Assembly: GCA_964016885.1 (NCBI GenBank)
Contig: OZ024749.1
Span: 26,722,001 to 26,786,000 of the forward strand
Length of the DNA: 64,000 nt
Reading direction: 5' to 3'
DNA from: Eledone cirrhosa
Taxonomy: Eukaryota
Shown here in pieces: positions 1 to 13,387 of this stretch. Position 1 is the stretch's first letter; every line of letters begins with the position of its first letter. The position numbers and the translations under genes were made by a program. The notes under the pieces are model-generated. The model searched no databases. It had not been told where the DNA came from and worked only from the letters and a program-made list of their open reading frames with translations.

Positions 1-38
<38 letters not shown>

Positions 39-1680
39 AACAACAAAAACAAAAATAACAACATTAACAACAACAATAACAACAGCAACAACAATAACAA
101 CAACAACAACAATAACAGTAACAACAACAATACTACCAACAATTCCAACAGCAATAACAACAACACCAACAACAACAATGACAACATACCAACAACAATG
201 CTAACAACAATAACAGCAACAATAACAACAACAACAGCAAACCCAACAAAAACAACAACAACGACAACAACAATAACAATTACAACATTAACAACAACAG
301 CAACAACAATACCAAAAACAACAACAACAACAATAACAATAACAACATTAACAACCACAACACTAACAACAAAAATAACAACAACCACAACAAAAATTAC
401 AGCAATAACAACAACAGTAACAACATTAACAGAAATAACCCCAACAACAATAACAGCAACAACAGTAACAACAATAACAACAACAGTAACAACAATAACA
501 GCAACAACAGTAACAACAATAACAACAATAACAACAACAACAACAACAACAGTAACAACAATAACAACAACAATAACAGCAACAACAGTAACAACAATAA
601 CAACAATAACAACAACAACAACAACAGTAACAACAATAACAACAACAATAACAGCAACAGTAACAACAATAACAACAACAAAAGTAACAACAATAACAAC
701 AACAAAAGTAACAACAATAACAACAACAGTAACAACAATAACAGCAACAACAGTAACAACAATAACAACAACAATAACAACAACAATAACAACAACAATA
801 ACAACAACAATAACAGCAACAGTAACAACAATAACAACAACAATAACAACAACAATAACAACAACAATAACAGCAACAACAATAACAGCAACAGTAACAA
901 CAATAACAACAACAATAACAACAACAATAACAGCAACAGTAACAACAATAACAACAACAATAACAACAACAACAACAACAACAATAACAGCAACAACAAT
1001 AACAGCAACAGTAACAACAATAATAACAACAATAACAACAACAATAACACCAACAGTAACAATAACAACAACAACAACAGTAACAACAGTAACAACAATA
1101 ACAACAACAATAACAACAACAATAACAGCAACAACAACAACAACAACAGTAACAACAGTAACAACAATAACAACAACAATAACAACAACAATAACAGCAA
1201 CAACAATAACAGCAACAGTAACAACAATAACAACAACAATAACAACAACAATAACAGCAACAGTAACAACAATAACAACAACAATAACAACAACAACAAC
1301 AACAATAACAGCAACAACAATAACAGCAACAGTAACAACAATAATAACAACAATAGCAACAACAATAACACCAACAGTAACAATAACAACAACAACAACA
1401 GTAACAACAGTAACAACAATAACAACAACAATAACAACAACAATAACAGCAACAACAACAACAACAACAGTAACAACAGTAACAACAATAACAACAACAA
1501 TAACAACAACAATAACAGCAACAACAATAACAGCAACAGTAACAACAATAACAACAACAACAACAGTAACAACAGTAGCAACAATAATAACAACAATAAC
1601 ACCAACAGTAACAATAACAACAACAATAACAGCAACAGTAACAACAATAACAACAACAATAACAACAGTAACAACAACCA
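1..1680. repeat. (ACA)n/(TTG)n degenerate trinucleotide microsatellite
   Basis: ACA/ATA/GCA/GTA triplet run with higher-order blocks. It flips from TTG to AAC at about position 38. Explains the poly-T and poly-L ORFs. Confidence 0.98.
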
Positions 1681-1861
1681 AAACATCTCGACGTTAATCT
1701 CCCCGTGTAGTCTTAAATTATTATTTTCTAGAATATCCTTGACAGTCTCGGAGTATTCCTAATGGAATTTTGATTAGCATCCGGCACCAGTTTAGCATGT
1801 AGTCTGTCTAGGAAGTAATTACTTGAAATTTTGTTGTGTTTAGCTAATATATCATTGGGAT

Positions 1862-2563
1862 AGAAGACAGGCAGACAGGCAGACTGACAGACTGACTGAC
1901 TGACTGAGAGACAGAGAGGTTGATAGACTAACAGAGAGGCTGATAGACCAATAGACTGATAGATTGGATGAGAGAGTGGGAGAGAGAGGAGTGAGATAGG
2001 GAGAGAGAGAGAGGGGGGGTGTGAGGAAGGAAGAGGGATTGATAGACAGAGAGACAGAGAGACTGGCAGACAGACTGAGAGAGAGAGAGAGAGTGGGAGA
2101 GAGTGGGATAGAGGGGGGGATTGACAGAGAGACAGAGAGACAGAGAGACTGGCAGACAGACTGAGAGAGAGAGAGTGGGAGAGAGTGGGATAGAGGGAGG
2201 GATTGACAGAGAGACAGAGAGACTGGCAGACAGACTGAGAGAGAGAGAGTGGGGGAGAGGGAGGGATTGACAGAGAGACAGAGAGACTGGCAGACAGACT
2301 GAGAGAGAGAGATAGTGGGATAGAGAGTGGGGGAGAGGGATAGAGGGAGGGATTGACAGATAGATAGACAGAGAGAGAGACTGATAGACTGACTGACAGA
2401 GAGAGAGAGAGACTGAGAGAGAGAGTGGGAGAGAGGGATGGATAGACAGACAGACAGACAGACAGACAGAGAGACTGATAGACTGACTGACAGAAAGACA
2501 GAGAGACTGAATGAAAGAGGGGAGTGAGAGGAGGAGTGACAGATTGAGAGATTGAGAAAGAGG

Positions 2564-2616
<53 letters not shown>

Positions 2617-2640
2617 GGATTGACTAATAGACAGACAGAC
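1862..2640. repeat. GA/GACA-rich compound micro/minisatellite
   Basis: Repeated gattgacagagagacagagagactggcagacagactgagagag units and (GA)n. Confidence 0.95.
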
Positions 2641-2671
2641 GGTTCGTCCTTCGAATTATAGATACAACTCA

Positions 2672-2808
2672 TTTTTTCCAGCTCAGTGGACTGGAGCAAT
2701 GTGAAATAAAGTGTCTTGCTCAAGGACACAACGCGTCGCCGGGAATCAAACTCACGACCTTACGGTTGTGTGCCGAATACCCTAACCACAAGGCCACGCG
2801 CCTTCACT
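2672..2808 (-). mobile_element. tRNA-derived CORE-type SINE, 5' part
   Basis: Minus strand has an A-box-like gtggccttgtggttagg and a B-box-like gagtttgattccc, followed by the CORE-like gtgtccttgagcaagacactt. Confidence 0.8.
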
Positions 2809-3149
2809 TCCTAGACACATATACCCTTGACATCATTCATAGGGAAATTCACAATAAAAACAACAAACAACAACAACAACTACACATCTACAACAGCAAC
2901 AACAACAACAACTACACATCTACAACAGCAACAACAGCAACAACAACAACTACACATCTACAACAGCAACAACAACAACAACAACAACTACACATCTACA
3001 ACAACAACAACAACTACACATCTACAACAGCAACAACAACAAAAACAGCAACAACAACAACAACAATAACAACATCAACTACAACTGGAGCAATAACAAC
3101 TACAACACAAATACACCCACAACTATTACTACTAGTACAATAATGGCTT

Positions 3150-3780
3150 CTTATATAGGCACAAGGCCAGCAATTTGGAGGGAGGGGAAAATCGATTGAA
3201 ACAACCCCCAGTGCATTACTGGTACTTTATTTTATCGACCCCGTAAGGATGAAAGGCAAAGCTTAACCTCGGCGAGATTTGAACTCAGAACGAAAAGGGC
3301 CGTAACTATATGCTGCAAAGCGTGTAGTCCGATGCTCTACCGATACTGCCAATCCACCACCCTATAATTGTTTCTACTTTAGGCACAAGGCCAGCAATTT
3401 GAAGGGGAAGGGAGAGCCAATTAAATTATCCCCAGTGCATTACTGGTTCTTTATTTTATCAATCGCGTAAGGATGAAAGCCAAAGCTAAACTCGGCGTGA
3501 TTTGGACTCAGAGCGTAAGGGGCCGTAAATCTATGCCGCAAACATGTCCGACGCTCTACCAATTACTAACAATCCACCGCCCTATAGTAATACTTGTTTC
3601 TACTTTAGGCACAAGGCCAGCAATTACCCAGTGCATTACTGGTACTTTATTTTATCGACCCCGTAAGGATGAAAGGCAAAGTCAACCTCGGCGGGATTTG
3701 AACTCAGATCGTAAAGGGACGTAACTATGCTTGAAAGCGTGGCGTCCGACCCTCTACCGATACTGCCAATCCACCGAGTA
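3150..3780 (-). mobile_element. Three tandem tRNA-derived SINEs with a Meta-like central domain (octopus OK-SINE-like)
   Basis: Copies at ~3150-3360, ~3370-3582 and ~3595-3778. Minus strand has tggcagtatcggtagagc...gagttcaaatc, then gcctttcatccttacggggtcgataaaataaagtaccag. Confidence 0.85.
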
Positions 3781-4052
3781 ATACTACTACAATAACAACA
3801 ACAGCCACAACAACAGGTTTTTGTGGCAGGTTCGTATTCCCATGTGTAAGGTACCAAACATTTGTCCTCGGTGAACCAGAGTTTGATGTCGGCCATTTTA
3901 AAAATGCAACATAGAAATGGAATCTCTGCACTGAGAACTACTTTGGGGTCAATGGAATGGAGATTTTATCTCTGAGGGATCACAGTATCTCTTACCAAGT
4001 ACACACTCTCTCACGGTATCATTCTGTACACATTTTCCCATTTATACGACAG

Positions 4053-4083
<31 letters not shown>

Positions 4084-4115
4084 GTATGTGAGAGTGCGTG
4101 TGTGTGGGTGTATGC

Positions 4116-4160
<45 letters not shown>

Positions 4161-4335
4161 TACATACATAATACATACATACATGCATACATATATACAT
4201 AAACACATACGTACATACATAAATATACGTATACATACATACATAGAAACATACATACAGGCATGCTTGCATACGTACATACATACATACATACATACAT
4301 ACATACATACATACATACATACATACATACATACA

Positions 4336-4367
<32 letters not shown>

Positions 4368-4564
4368 ACGTATATTATATGTATATACACACACGTATAA
4401 ACAGATGAATCTATACACATGAGAATAATTACGACTGAATTGCACCGTCTGTTTATAACATTCTACACAATACATGTGCCGACATGTATATAAAATATAT
4501 ACAAACATACCAGCGCGCGTGTGTGCATGTGAATAAGTGTATCTATTTATCTATCTATCTGTCC

Positions 4565-4606
<42 letters not shown>

Positions 4607-4609
4607 TGT

Positions 4610-4642
<33 letters not shown>

Positions 4643-4713
4643 AATATAAATGAAGTAATTCCGTCGCAAAGGTACAGGAAAAAAGAGTGCTCTATGTAGG
4701 CTACAGAGCAAAT

Positions 4714-4814
<101 letters not shown>

Positions 4815-4868
4815 TATATATTCATTCAAAATATTAACAAAAATAGAACTTCCTTGTGATCAAGTATA

Positions 4869-4931
4869 TTTTATTATACATATTTCAGAGGTACTGAGCT
4901 AACTTCAACAGTACGTCCTCATCAGATAAAA
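4869..4931 (-). ncRNA. Minimal type I hammerhead ribozyme (family A)
   Basis: ttttat-CTGATGA-ggacgtactg...cagtacctc-TGAAA-tatgta-TA-ataaaa. Stems I and II pair. Confidence 0.75.
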
Positions 4932-5134
4932 TAAGATGATGCGTGACATACCCTGACATACCCTGAAATAGTATAATAAAATATACTTGATCACAATGAA
5001 GTTCTATTTTTGTTAATATTTTGAATGAATATTAATAACTCCGGAAAACCATATCTGTTGAGTGTTTCCAATCTATTGTAAAGAATTAGTTTTACAATAG
5101 ATTGGAAACACTCAACAGTATTGGTTTTCCGGAG

Positions 5135-5188
<54 letters not shown>

Positions 5189-5257
5189 ACACAAAGAAAG
5201 GGAAAAAAAGGAAAACGGACCCTTAAATATATTTTCAGTGCTATTTCCAATTTCACC

Positions 5258-5316
<59 letters not shown>

Positions 5317-5319
<3 letters not shown>

Positions 5320-5657
5320 CGAAGGAAATGTGGTAAGGAACCAGGTGGACCATAAAGCACCAAAGTACTCAATACTTAGGGTAGTATAGTGGGTAATAGG
5401 AACGAGTGGGACCCCGACGGCTGAGCTCAAGCCGTTTCGACGGCTAATTCTGGACTAAATGAAAATTGTTATCCTGGTATATGAATTATGTGTCTCAACA
5501 ACAAACTTTTGACCAATCCTTGTGACAATCACTCTTACCATATATGGAATTACCCCCTGAGAAGCTCGGCTATTCATATACCAGGATAAAAATGTTCATT
5601 TAGTCCAGAATTAGCCGTCGAAACGGCTTGAGCTCAGCCGTCGGGGTCCCACTCGTT

Positions 5658-5660
<3 letters not shown>
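5317..5660. mobile_element. Fold-back small repeat (family D); related copies at 37182-37376 and 52055-52266
   Basis: Inverted arms ...gctgagctcaagccgtttcgacggctaattctggac / gtccagaattagccgtcgaaacggcttgagctcagc..., bounded by (TA)n on both sides. Confidence 0.8.
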
Positions 5661-5730
<70 letters not shown>

Positions 5731-5760
5731 TGATCAAAAGATGGTTAAAAGAGTTCCATG

Positions 5761-5831
5761 TATTTTATTATGCGCATTTCAAAAACAAATATCATCATGC
5801 AATAACATTTGCGTTTTCGTCAGATAAAATA
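5761..5831 (-). ncRNA. Minimal type I hammerhead ribozyme
   Basis: tattttat-CTGACGA-aaacgcaaatgtt...gatatttgtttt-TGAAA-tgcgca-TA-ataaaata. Stem III is the palindrome ATGCGCAT. Confidence 0.8.
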
Positions 5832-5904
5832 GGGAGACATGATATGAAGGTTAAAACACACTTGTGAATAGTGCAGTTTTAAATCAACATGATATGTTGA
5901 TTTT

Positions 5905-7611
5905 CAAGAAATGGCAACCATCAACCACATAGACATAACGGAGGAGGATGTGGTGTACGCCATTGATGAAATTAGAACAGACTCGGCTGCTGGACCTGAT
6001 GGATTCCCAGCAGTTCTCCTAAAAATATGTAAGCGGGCCTTAGCAACTCCACTGAAGATGCTCTTCAGAAGCTCCTTGGCTAGCGGTGTACTACCCAGGG
6101 AGCTGAAAGAAGGCACAATATGCCCTATCCATAAAGGAGGTAGTAAAGCGGAGGCCAAGAACTATAGGCCAGTCTCCCTGACGTCGCATATCAGTAAGGT
6201 CATGGAGCGAGTCGTCAGAAAGAAACTAATCACTTTCCTCGAAGAAAATGACCGCCTGACTAGCACGCAACATGGCTTCCGCCCAGGAAGAAGCTGCTAC
6301 ATCACTACGACTGGGTACTGAGACAACTACTAGACAGCTCACATGTGGACGTGATATATCTTGACTTTGCGAAGGCCTTTGACAAGGTCGACCACGGAAT
6401 GATATGTCACAAACTACACGGACTCAGCATAACTGGAAAAGTAGGTGAGTGGCTGCATGGCTTCCTAAGGGACAGAAGCCAGGCAGTCGCAGCAAATGGG
6501 GCCCTCTCGAGGGAAACACCGATAACAAGTGGGGTGCCCCAGGGGACAGTCCTGGGACCACTACTGTTTTTGGTGGCTCTCTCGGACATGCCCTCTGTGG
6601 TGCATGCAACAACATCCCTCACTAGCTATGCTGATGACACTAAGGTAGCACAGGCAATCAAAAACCCGGCTGACGCTGCCCTTTTACAGCAGGATCTGGA
6701 TGCCATATACAGATGGGCGGAAGAAAACAACATGCAGTTTAATGCTGGCAAATTCCAAGCCCTACAATACAAACCTGCAAACACAAATATAGTGGAACAC
6801 AGCTACACAGGACCAGGAGGGACCGATATCCCCGTGTCAAAATCGATACGAGACCTGGGCATAGACATGAGCGATGATGCATCTTTTTCTTCACACATCA
6901 TGAAAGTGGCGACAACATGCAGACGACTCGCTGGCTGGATCTTGAGGACTTTCCGGACAAGAGATCGAGACACCATGTTGACACTGTGGAGGACTTTTGT
7001 CCTAAGCCGCCTGGACTACTGCTCCCAGTTGTGGTCACCCCATAGTGTCAAACTGACCACAGAGCTTGAGGCAATCCAGCGAAGCTACACCAAGAGGATT
7101 GCCAAGATGAGGGAGACAAGCTACTGGGAGAGGCTAAAGGAACTGAACCTCTACTCCTTGGAGCGAAGACGGGAGAGATACGCAGTGATCTACATGTGGA
7201 AAATCCTGGAGGGACTAGCACCAAACTTTGGCATTGGGAGCTGGACCAACCGTTGAACAGGACGTCACTGTGTGGTGCCAATGGTCCCGTCTTCCACATC
7301 TAGAATAAGGAGCAGGTATTGCAATAGCCTGGGATTCAAGGGCCCTCAACTCTTCAACAGGCTGCCGAGGCATCTGAGAGACTTGCATGGCGTGGAGGTG
7401 GATGTCTTTAAGAAACATCTCGACACCTTGTTATCCAGGATCCCGGATGAGCCCACAGCAAGACACGAGGGAAACCTAAGGGCAGCAGCAACAAACTCCC
7501 TCCTACACCAGTGGCCAACCTATACAGGCTGGAGATAAAATGTGTAGCAACAAGGGCGGTGCCCCAGCATGGCCTCAGCCGGATGGCTGAAACAGGTAAA
7601 AGAGTAAAAGA

Positions 7612-7612
<1 letters not shown>
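5905..7612 (+). mobile_element. 5'-truncated, disrupted CR1/L2-type LINE (reverse transcriptase)
   Basis: RT motifs AAGPDG, NYRPVSLTS, YLDFAKAFDKV, GVPQGTVLGPLLF, YADD. Frameshift at ~6300, in-frame TGA at 7254-7256, true stop at 7538. 3' end with a gtaaaaga tail. Confidence 0.93.
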
Positions 7613-7664
<52 letters not shown>

Positions 7665-7666
7665 TA

Positions 7667-7700
<34 letters not shown>

Positions 7701-7707
7701 GTATATA

Positions 7708-7804
<97 letters not shown>

Positions 7805-8010
7805 AAGTGTAATGAATTCTTTTACAATGTAAAATAATTCATTACACTTAATAATATATAACTGCTCCTGGCTGAGCTGAAACTCGCCTCATATATACGA
7901 CTGTTATTTCTAGCAGTACGGTTATGAGGCTAGCTTGAATCTGTGAACCCATGTGCGTCACACAGTCTTTTAAATTATTTAGAAGTGAAGCATATCAATT
8001 GTCTCTGGAT

Positions 8011-8081
8011 GTTTACTGAGGAGAACAGTGGCATGATATTCCTACACTTATACACTTATTCATCTCGAAACATGTTTGGAT
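8011..8081 (+). ncRNA. Minimal hammerhead ribozyme candidate
   Basis: gttta-CTGAGGA-gaacagtg...cacttattcatctc-GAAAC-AT-GTT-tggat. Palindromic stem III ACATGT; stem I relies on G-U pairs. Confidence 0.55.
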
Positions 8082-8312
8082 TTTAAGGTTTAAACTTATC
8101 TACGGAACAGGTTTGATTTTGAAATTTAAATGTGTATAAACATCATAGCCTTTTGGCAGCGCAGCTAGTTTTTGTCGATTTATTATTTTAAATCGATGTG
8201 GACGAACTGTAGTAAAATAATTAATATTCTTCATTCTGGCTAATTTTCTTTTGCAATATAAATACAGATGTGTTGGTATCTGTTTCATCATATATATTAC
8301 TCATATATATTA

Positions 8313-8370
<58 letters not shown>

Positions 8371-8374
<4 letters not shown>

Positions 8375-8935
8375 CAAATAACGAAACGAAATTAAATTTC
8401 GTTTCGTTTGTAACTCACTTTTGTATGACTGACGCTTAAACAATTAAGTTAAAGATGTACATCCATATATGTATACTGAAATACTAGTATGTATATGAAT
8501 ACACACACGTATACATATGTAGATGTACCAAGTTTTTTCACTGGTCACTTTACTGTGAGTGGCCAGCTATTCTGTATGTAAACACACAGACAAACCGGTT
8601 TTTAGAGTCATACTGGTTTTTGAGGAAACACCTTTCCTCTATTCTCCAGAAAGGCCGGAAGATAGGTAAATATTGCTGATGAGTTGTAACAACAACGAAA
8701 CTAGTTCAATATTCCTTGTCTGGCTTTCTGTAGAATAGAGGAAAGGTGTTTCCTCAAAAACCAGTATGACTCTAAAAACCGGTTTGTCTGTGTGTTTACA
8801 TACAGAATAGCTGGCCACTCACAGTAAAGTGACCAGTGAAAAAACTTGGTACATCTACATATGTATACGTGTGTGTATTCATATACATACTAGTATTTCA
8901 GTATACATATATGGATGTACATCTTTAACTTAATT

Positions 8936-8940
<5 letters not shown>
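8371..8940. mobile_element. Diverged solo palindromic copy of the 12.6-17.8 kb array unit
   Basis: ~220-bp inverted arms (8437-8660 / 8716-8938), homologous to the array unit, flanked by (TA)n. Confidence 0.9.
8670..8712 (+). ncRNA. Minimal type I hammerhead ribozyme (family B variant)
   Basis: atattg-CTGATGA-gttgt-aaca-acaac-GAAAC-TA-GTT-caatat. Confidence 0.85.
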
Positions 8941-8984
<44 letters not shown>

Positions 8985-9246
8985 TATCTATCTATCCAAC
9001 AGTCTATCTAACTATCTATCTATCTTCACGTTACAATTGTGTACTTGCCATTTGTTCATGTTCTTATTTGTCCATATGTCTAGGACACCATTGTCCAATG
9101 TGCTTTCTCTCTATTTGTAAACAGTAGGGCGTGATTTAAACGAGATGTCACTACTATTTCTGGCAGATCTAGAGACATATATATGGTATTGCTTCTCTTC
9201 ACGTAAATAATGGTAAACTTAAGCATAATGGCATCAAGGCTGTATG

Positions 9247-9331
<85 letters not shown>

Positions 9332-9439
9332 GTATGTATATGTATATATATAGATATATATGCATGTATGTATGTATATATATATATATAAACATATATA
9401 TATATATGTATGTATGTATGTATATATATATATATATAA

Positions 9440-9972
9440 ACTGGCAACCCCACCAAGGTTTCTTGGTGAGGAGGGTGACTTTGGACATCCTGCAGGACTA
9501 AAAACAAAACCTGTCAAAGGGCAAAGAAGCCCTTAAGAGTCAATGGCAATCCAAAATCACCGGGAGAGATGACCCCTTAGCCTTTGTCAAGGCAGAATTC
9601 TAGGAGAAGGAAAACTCTGATATAACACCTGCAACCCTGATGGTATCCAATGATGTTGACTTGTTCTTCTTTTTGGTAAATATCATCTTGGTTAAGAGAG
9701 TGGGACTGGCTTTGTGCAGTGCCTTTGCTCACTATAAAAGCTTCACGGCACAGGCATTGCTTTATATCTGGAGATCTCTCTGCACTTGTCATCACATGGT
9801 ACCATGGGCCCAGCACTATGTGTCAATAATTGTCACAAGTGTAGTGTTTGTACCAGAGTTTTCAAGTCGCTGGCTGGACTAAAAAGTCACACTCGTTCAG
9901 CGCATCGGTAGGGGTTCTCCTACATGGATATAAAGTAGTGGCCGTACTCGAAAACGAGTTGGCAGCCACCAT
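9440..9972. mobile_element. Dispersed ~400-530 bp non-coding repeat, probably an RTE-derived non-autonomous element; copies at 47680-48044 and 57911-58322
   Basis: Three highly similar copies share the right end ...gagttggcagccacc and differ at the left end. The segment ttagcctttgtcaaggcagaattctaggagaaggaaaactctg resembles RTE 5' UTR sequence. Confidence 0.7.
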
Positions 9973-10079
9973 ATATATATATATATATGCAGACATACAG
10001 CAACCCATCTACACACCACACAGCTTACAAAAACAAGATGGAGTTGACAGATGGTGGAGAGACACAAAATAACAAATTA

Positions 10080-10122
10080 GTCACTGAGGATGTCACAGAA
10101 TGTGTGACGAAAGAGCTTTGAC
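10080..10122 (+). ncRNA. Minimal hammerhead in a solo Penelope-type terminal repeat
   Basis: gtca-CTGAGGA-t-gtcaca-gaatg-tgtgac-GAAAG-AG-CTT-tgac. Homologous to 57177-57219. Confidence 0.7.
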
Positions 10123-10305
10123 AATAAACAAATAAACAACCATCGGGTTGTTAAATTAACCAACAGCAAATTTATAATAAATTTAAGTGATAACCAATAG
10201 ATGCATGTGTTTTATTGGCAGCATGACCCTACCAAAGTATAACAATATCTATTTCAACACACGTTTTCAGATAAGAAATCTTGCAAACAAATACAAAAAC
10301 GAAGT

Positions 10306-10345
<40 letters not shown>

Positions 10346-11394
10346 TTGGTATGTTGCACATTTTACATGGCAAGTCTGTTGCCCATTATTTTCTGGTCTC
10401 AATATTTCTTTGCATTCATCTGTTTTACAACAACGACAACTTTAAGACGATTAGAAAAGAAAGAAGACGCGGTGACAAGGGCTGGTGGTAGTGGTGGTGG
10501 TGGTGGTGGTGGTGGTGGTAGCGGCGGCGGCAGCCTCGGCGGCGGTAGTGGTGGTGGTGATATCAGTGGTGAATCAGAAGAAGAAGAAGAAGAAGAAGAA
10601 GAAGAAGAAGAAGAAGAAGAAGAAGAAGAAGAAGAAGAAGAAGAAGAAGAAGAAGGGTGAGGAGGCGGAGGAATTGTCTAAAGGCGAAACGAGTTTTGGT
10701 AAAATAAATGAACACATCTTCCAGCAATTAATGTCGACAATGTGAAAAACTATTCTTCTTGAAAACAAATCAAATATGGCCGCCGTGACAATAGGTTTAT
10801 TTCGGCATCATCGTATTCATGATTATTTCACTATGACACAGTGAAATGGAATGGAAGAAAACAAACGATAACACAGTCAACCAACCAGCCAGGCACTTCA
10901 CTAGAATACCACCCAACAAGCCATCCCTCCATCCATCTATACATCCAACCATCCAGTCAGCCAGTCAGCCGGACAATCAGATCGACATCAGTCAATCAGC
11001 CAAACGGCCAACCAATAAGCCAGACAAACAGAAGACCATCCAACTATCCATCCAACCAACAACCATACGTCCAACCCTTCATCCATCCATTAGAAATCCA
11101 ACTATGCAACTATCCAACGAACCAGTCAGACGATCATCTAATCATCTAACCATCCATCCAGCCAAACACAGAGACACACAGACATACAGCCAGTCAGCCA
11201 ACCAACTAGCCAACCAACGATCCCCTCGGCCATCTATCCATCCATCCATACATCCATCCATCCATCCATACATACATACATACATACATACATACATACA
11301 TACATACATACATACATACATACATACATACATACATACATACATACAACCATCCACCCATCCATACAGCCAGTAGCCATCCAGATATATATTG

Positions 11395-11970
11395 TACTGT
11401 AGTAAACACACAGACAATATAGGTTTTATACGCAAGCTATACTGTAGTAAATTAAGAGTTTTATAGACAAGGTGTACTTTAGTAAAGACACATGTAATAG
11501 AGGTTGTTGTAGACAAGGTGTACTGTAGTAAAGACACATACAATAGAGGGTCTTATAGACAAGGTTTACAGTATAAAGACACATACAATAGAGGTTGTTG
11601 TAGACAAGGTGTACTGTAGTAAAGACACATACAATAGAGTGTCTTATAGACAAGGTTTACAGTATAAAGACACATACAATAGAGGTTGTTGTAGACAAGG
11701 TGTACTGTAGTAAAGACACATACAATAGAGGGTCTTATAGACAAGGTTTACACTAGTAAAGACACATGTAATAGAGCTTGTTGTAGACAAAGTGTACTGT
11801 AGTAAAGATATATACAATAGAGGTTGTTATAGGCAAGGTTTACAGTAGTAAAGATACATACAATAGAGGTTGTTATAGACAAGGTTTACTGTAGTAAAGA
11901 CACATACAATAGAGTGTATTATAGACAAGGCGTACTGTAGTATAAAGACATATAATAGAGGTTATTATAG
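11395..11970. repeat. Minisatellite, ~45-46 bp subunits forming a 91-bp dimer
   Basis: Repeats of tagacaaggtgtactgtagtaaagacacatacaatagagg; period 91 between 11511 and 11602. Confidence 0.93.
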
Positions 11971-12031
11971 CCGTATTAATGTTTTTGTTCATTAAATTGT
12001 TACCTTCAACAATGTTTATACACAAATATTA

Positions 12032-12077
<46 letters not shown>

Positions 12078-12162
12078 ATATTTTTTTTTTATATATTATA
12101 TATATATTATATATATATTATATATATATATATATTATATAATGTATATATATTATAAAGAA

Positions 12163-12477
12163 GAGAGACGGTTTTAAATGTACATCCTCTGTTTATTATA
12201 TAACCATGGTGTACGTATTTCAAAGACGTAAAAATGATTACATAATAACCCTTTGATGTGTTCTCTTCAGACATGTGAAAAGTTGTGGTGTTTTGTTTTT
12301 GATATGCTACCACAACACTAATAACTACAGTAGCATATCAAAAACAAAACACCACAACTTTACACCCGTCTGAGGAGAACACGTCAAAGGGTTATTAAGT
12401 AATCACTTTGACATCTTTGAAATGCCTATAAGAGGATTATATAATAAATAGAGGATGTACATTTAAAACCATCTCTC
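12163..12477. mobile_element. Imperfect fold-back element with a hammerhead-like core in each arm
   Basis: Arms 12163-12310 / 12330-12477. Plus strand: CTGAGGA(12370)...gtcaaag...ctttgac...TGAAA. Minus strand: CTGAAGA...TGAAA-tacgta. Confidence 0.65.
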
Positions 12478-12754
12478 TTTATATAATATCGACACTCCGG
12501 TTAATACCTTATTGATAATACTCTAAGGAATAGTGAGTTACGTCTGTTTACGACAAAAGTCGGCGGATTAGCTAATTTCCTTAATTGAATAATATATATA
12601 AATATATAAATATACATATATATATATATATAGAAAAACGAATAACGAAACGAAATTAAATTTCGTTTCGCTTCTAACTCACTTTTGTATGACTGACGCT
12701 TAAACAATTAAGTTAAAGTGTACATCTATATATGTATACGGAAGTATCAGTAAG

Positions 12755-12836
<82 letters not shown>

Positions 12837-12993
12837 CACATATGTATACATATGCACATGTACCGAGCTTTTCACTAGACACTTTACAGTGAGTGTCCAG
12901 CTAGTCTGTATGTAAACAGACGAACCGGGTTTTAGAGTCATACGAGTTTTCAAGGAAACACATTTCCTCTATTCTCCAGAGAGCCAGACAGGA

Positions 12994-13036
12994 ATATTGG
13001 ACTAGTTTCGATGTTATTACATCTCATCAGCAATAT
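12994..13036 (-). ncRNA. Hammerhead ribozyme, array copy 1
   Basis: atattg-CTGATGA-gatgt-aata-acatc-GAAAC-TA-GTC-caatat. Confidence 0.88.
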
Positions 13037-13293
13037 ATACCTATCTTTCCGGCTTCTCTGGAGAATTGTAAAAGCACATATCGTTATATGCTTTTTCTAT
13101 GAAAATCAGTAGTGGGCAGACTAATTTGCATAGAACGTGAGTCATTGTACGCACCGGTTCAGCGGAAACGATAAAAACGAATAACGAAACGAAATTAAAT
13201 TTCGTTTCGCTTCTAACTCACTTTTGTATGACTGACGCTTAAACAATTAAGTTAAAGTGTACATCTATATATGTATACGGAAGTATCAGTATG

Positions 13294-13387
<94 letters not shown>

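Noticed and set aside
198-1697. 499-aa Thr-rich mucin-like ORF and antisense poly-Leu ORF
   Set aside because: Pure (ACA)n microsatellite with no signal peptide, splice context or unique sequence.
2740-2808. tRNA gene (also SINE heads at 3280-3360)
   Set aside because: A/B boxes are present but run straight into SINE body domains, with no convincing cloverleaf.
10187-10660. Gly/Glu-rich ORF with a possible GTGAG donor
   Set aside because: Built from (TA)n, (GGT)n and (GAA)n with only weak splice signals.
11395-11970. CRISPR-like regular repeat
   Set aside because: No unique spacers; a contiguous minisatellite in eukaryotic DNA with no cas genes.
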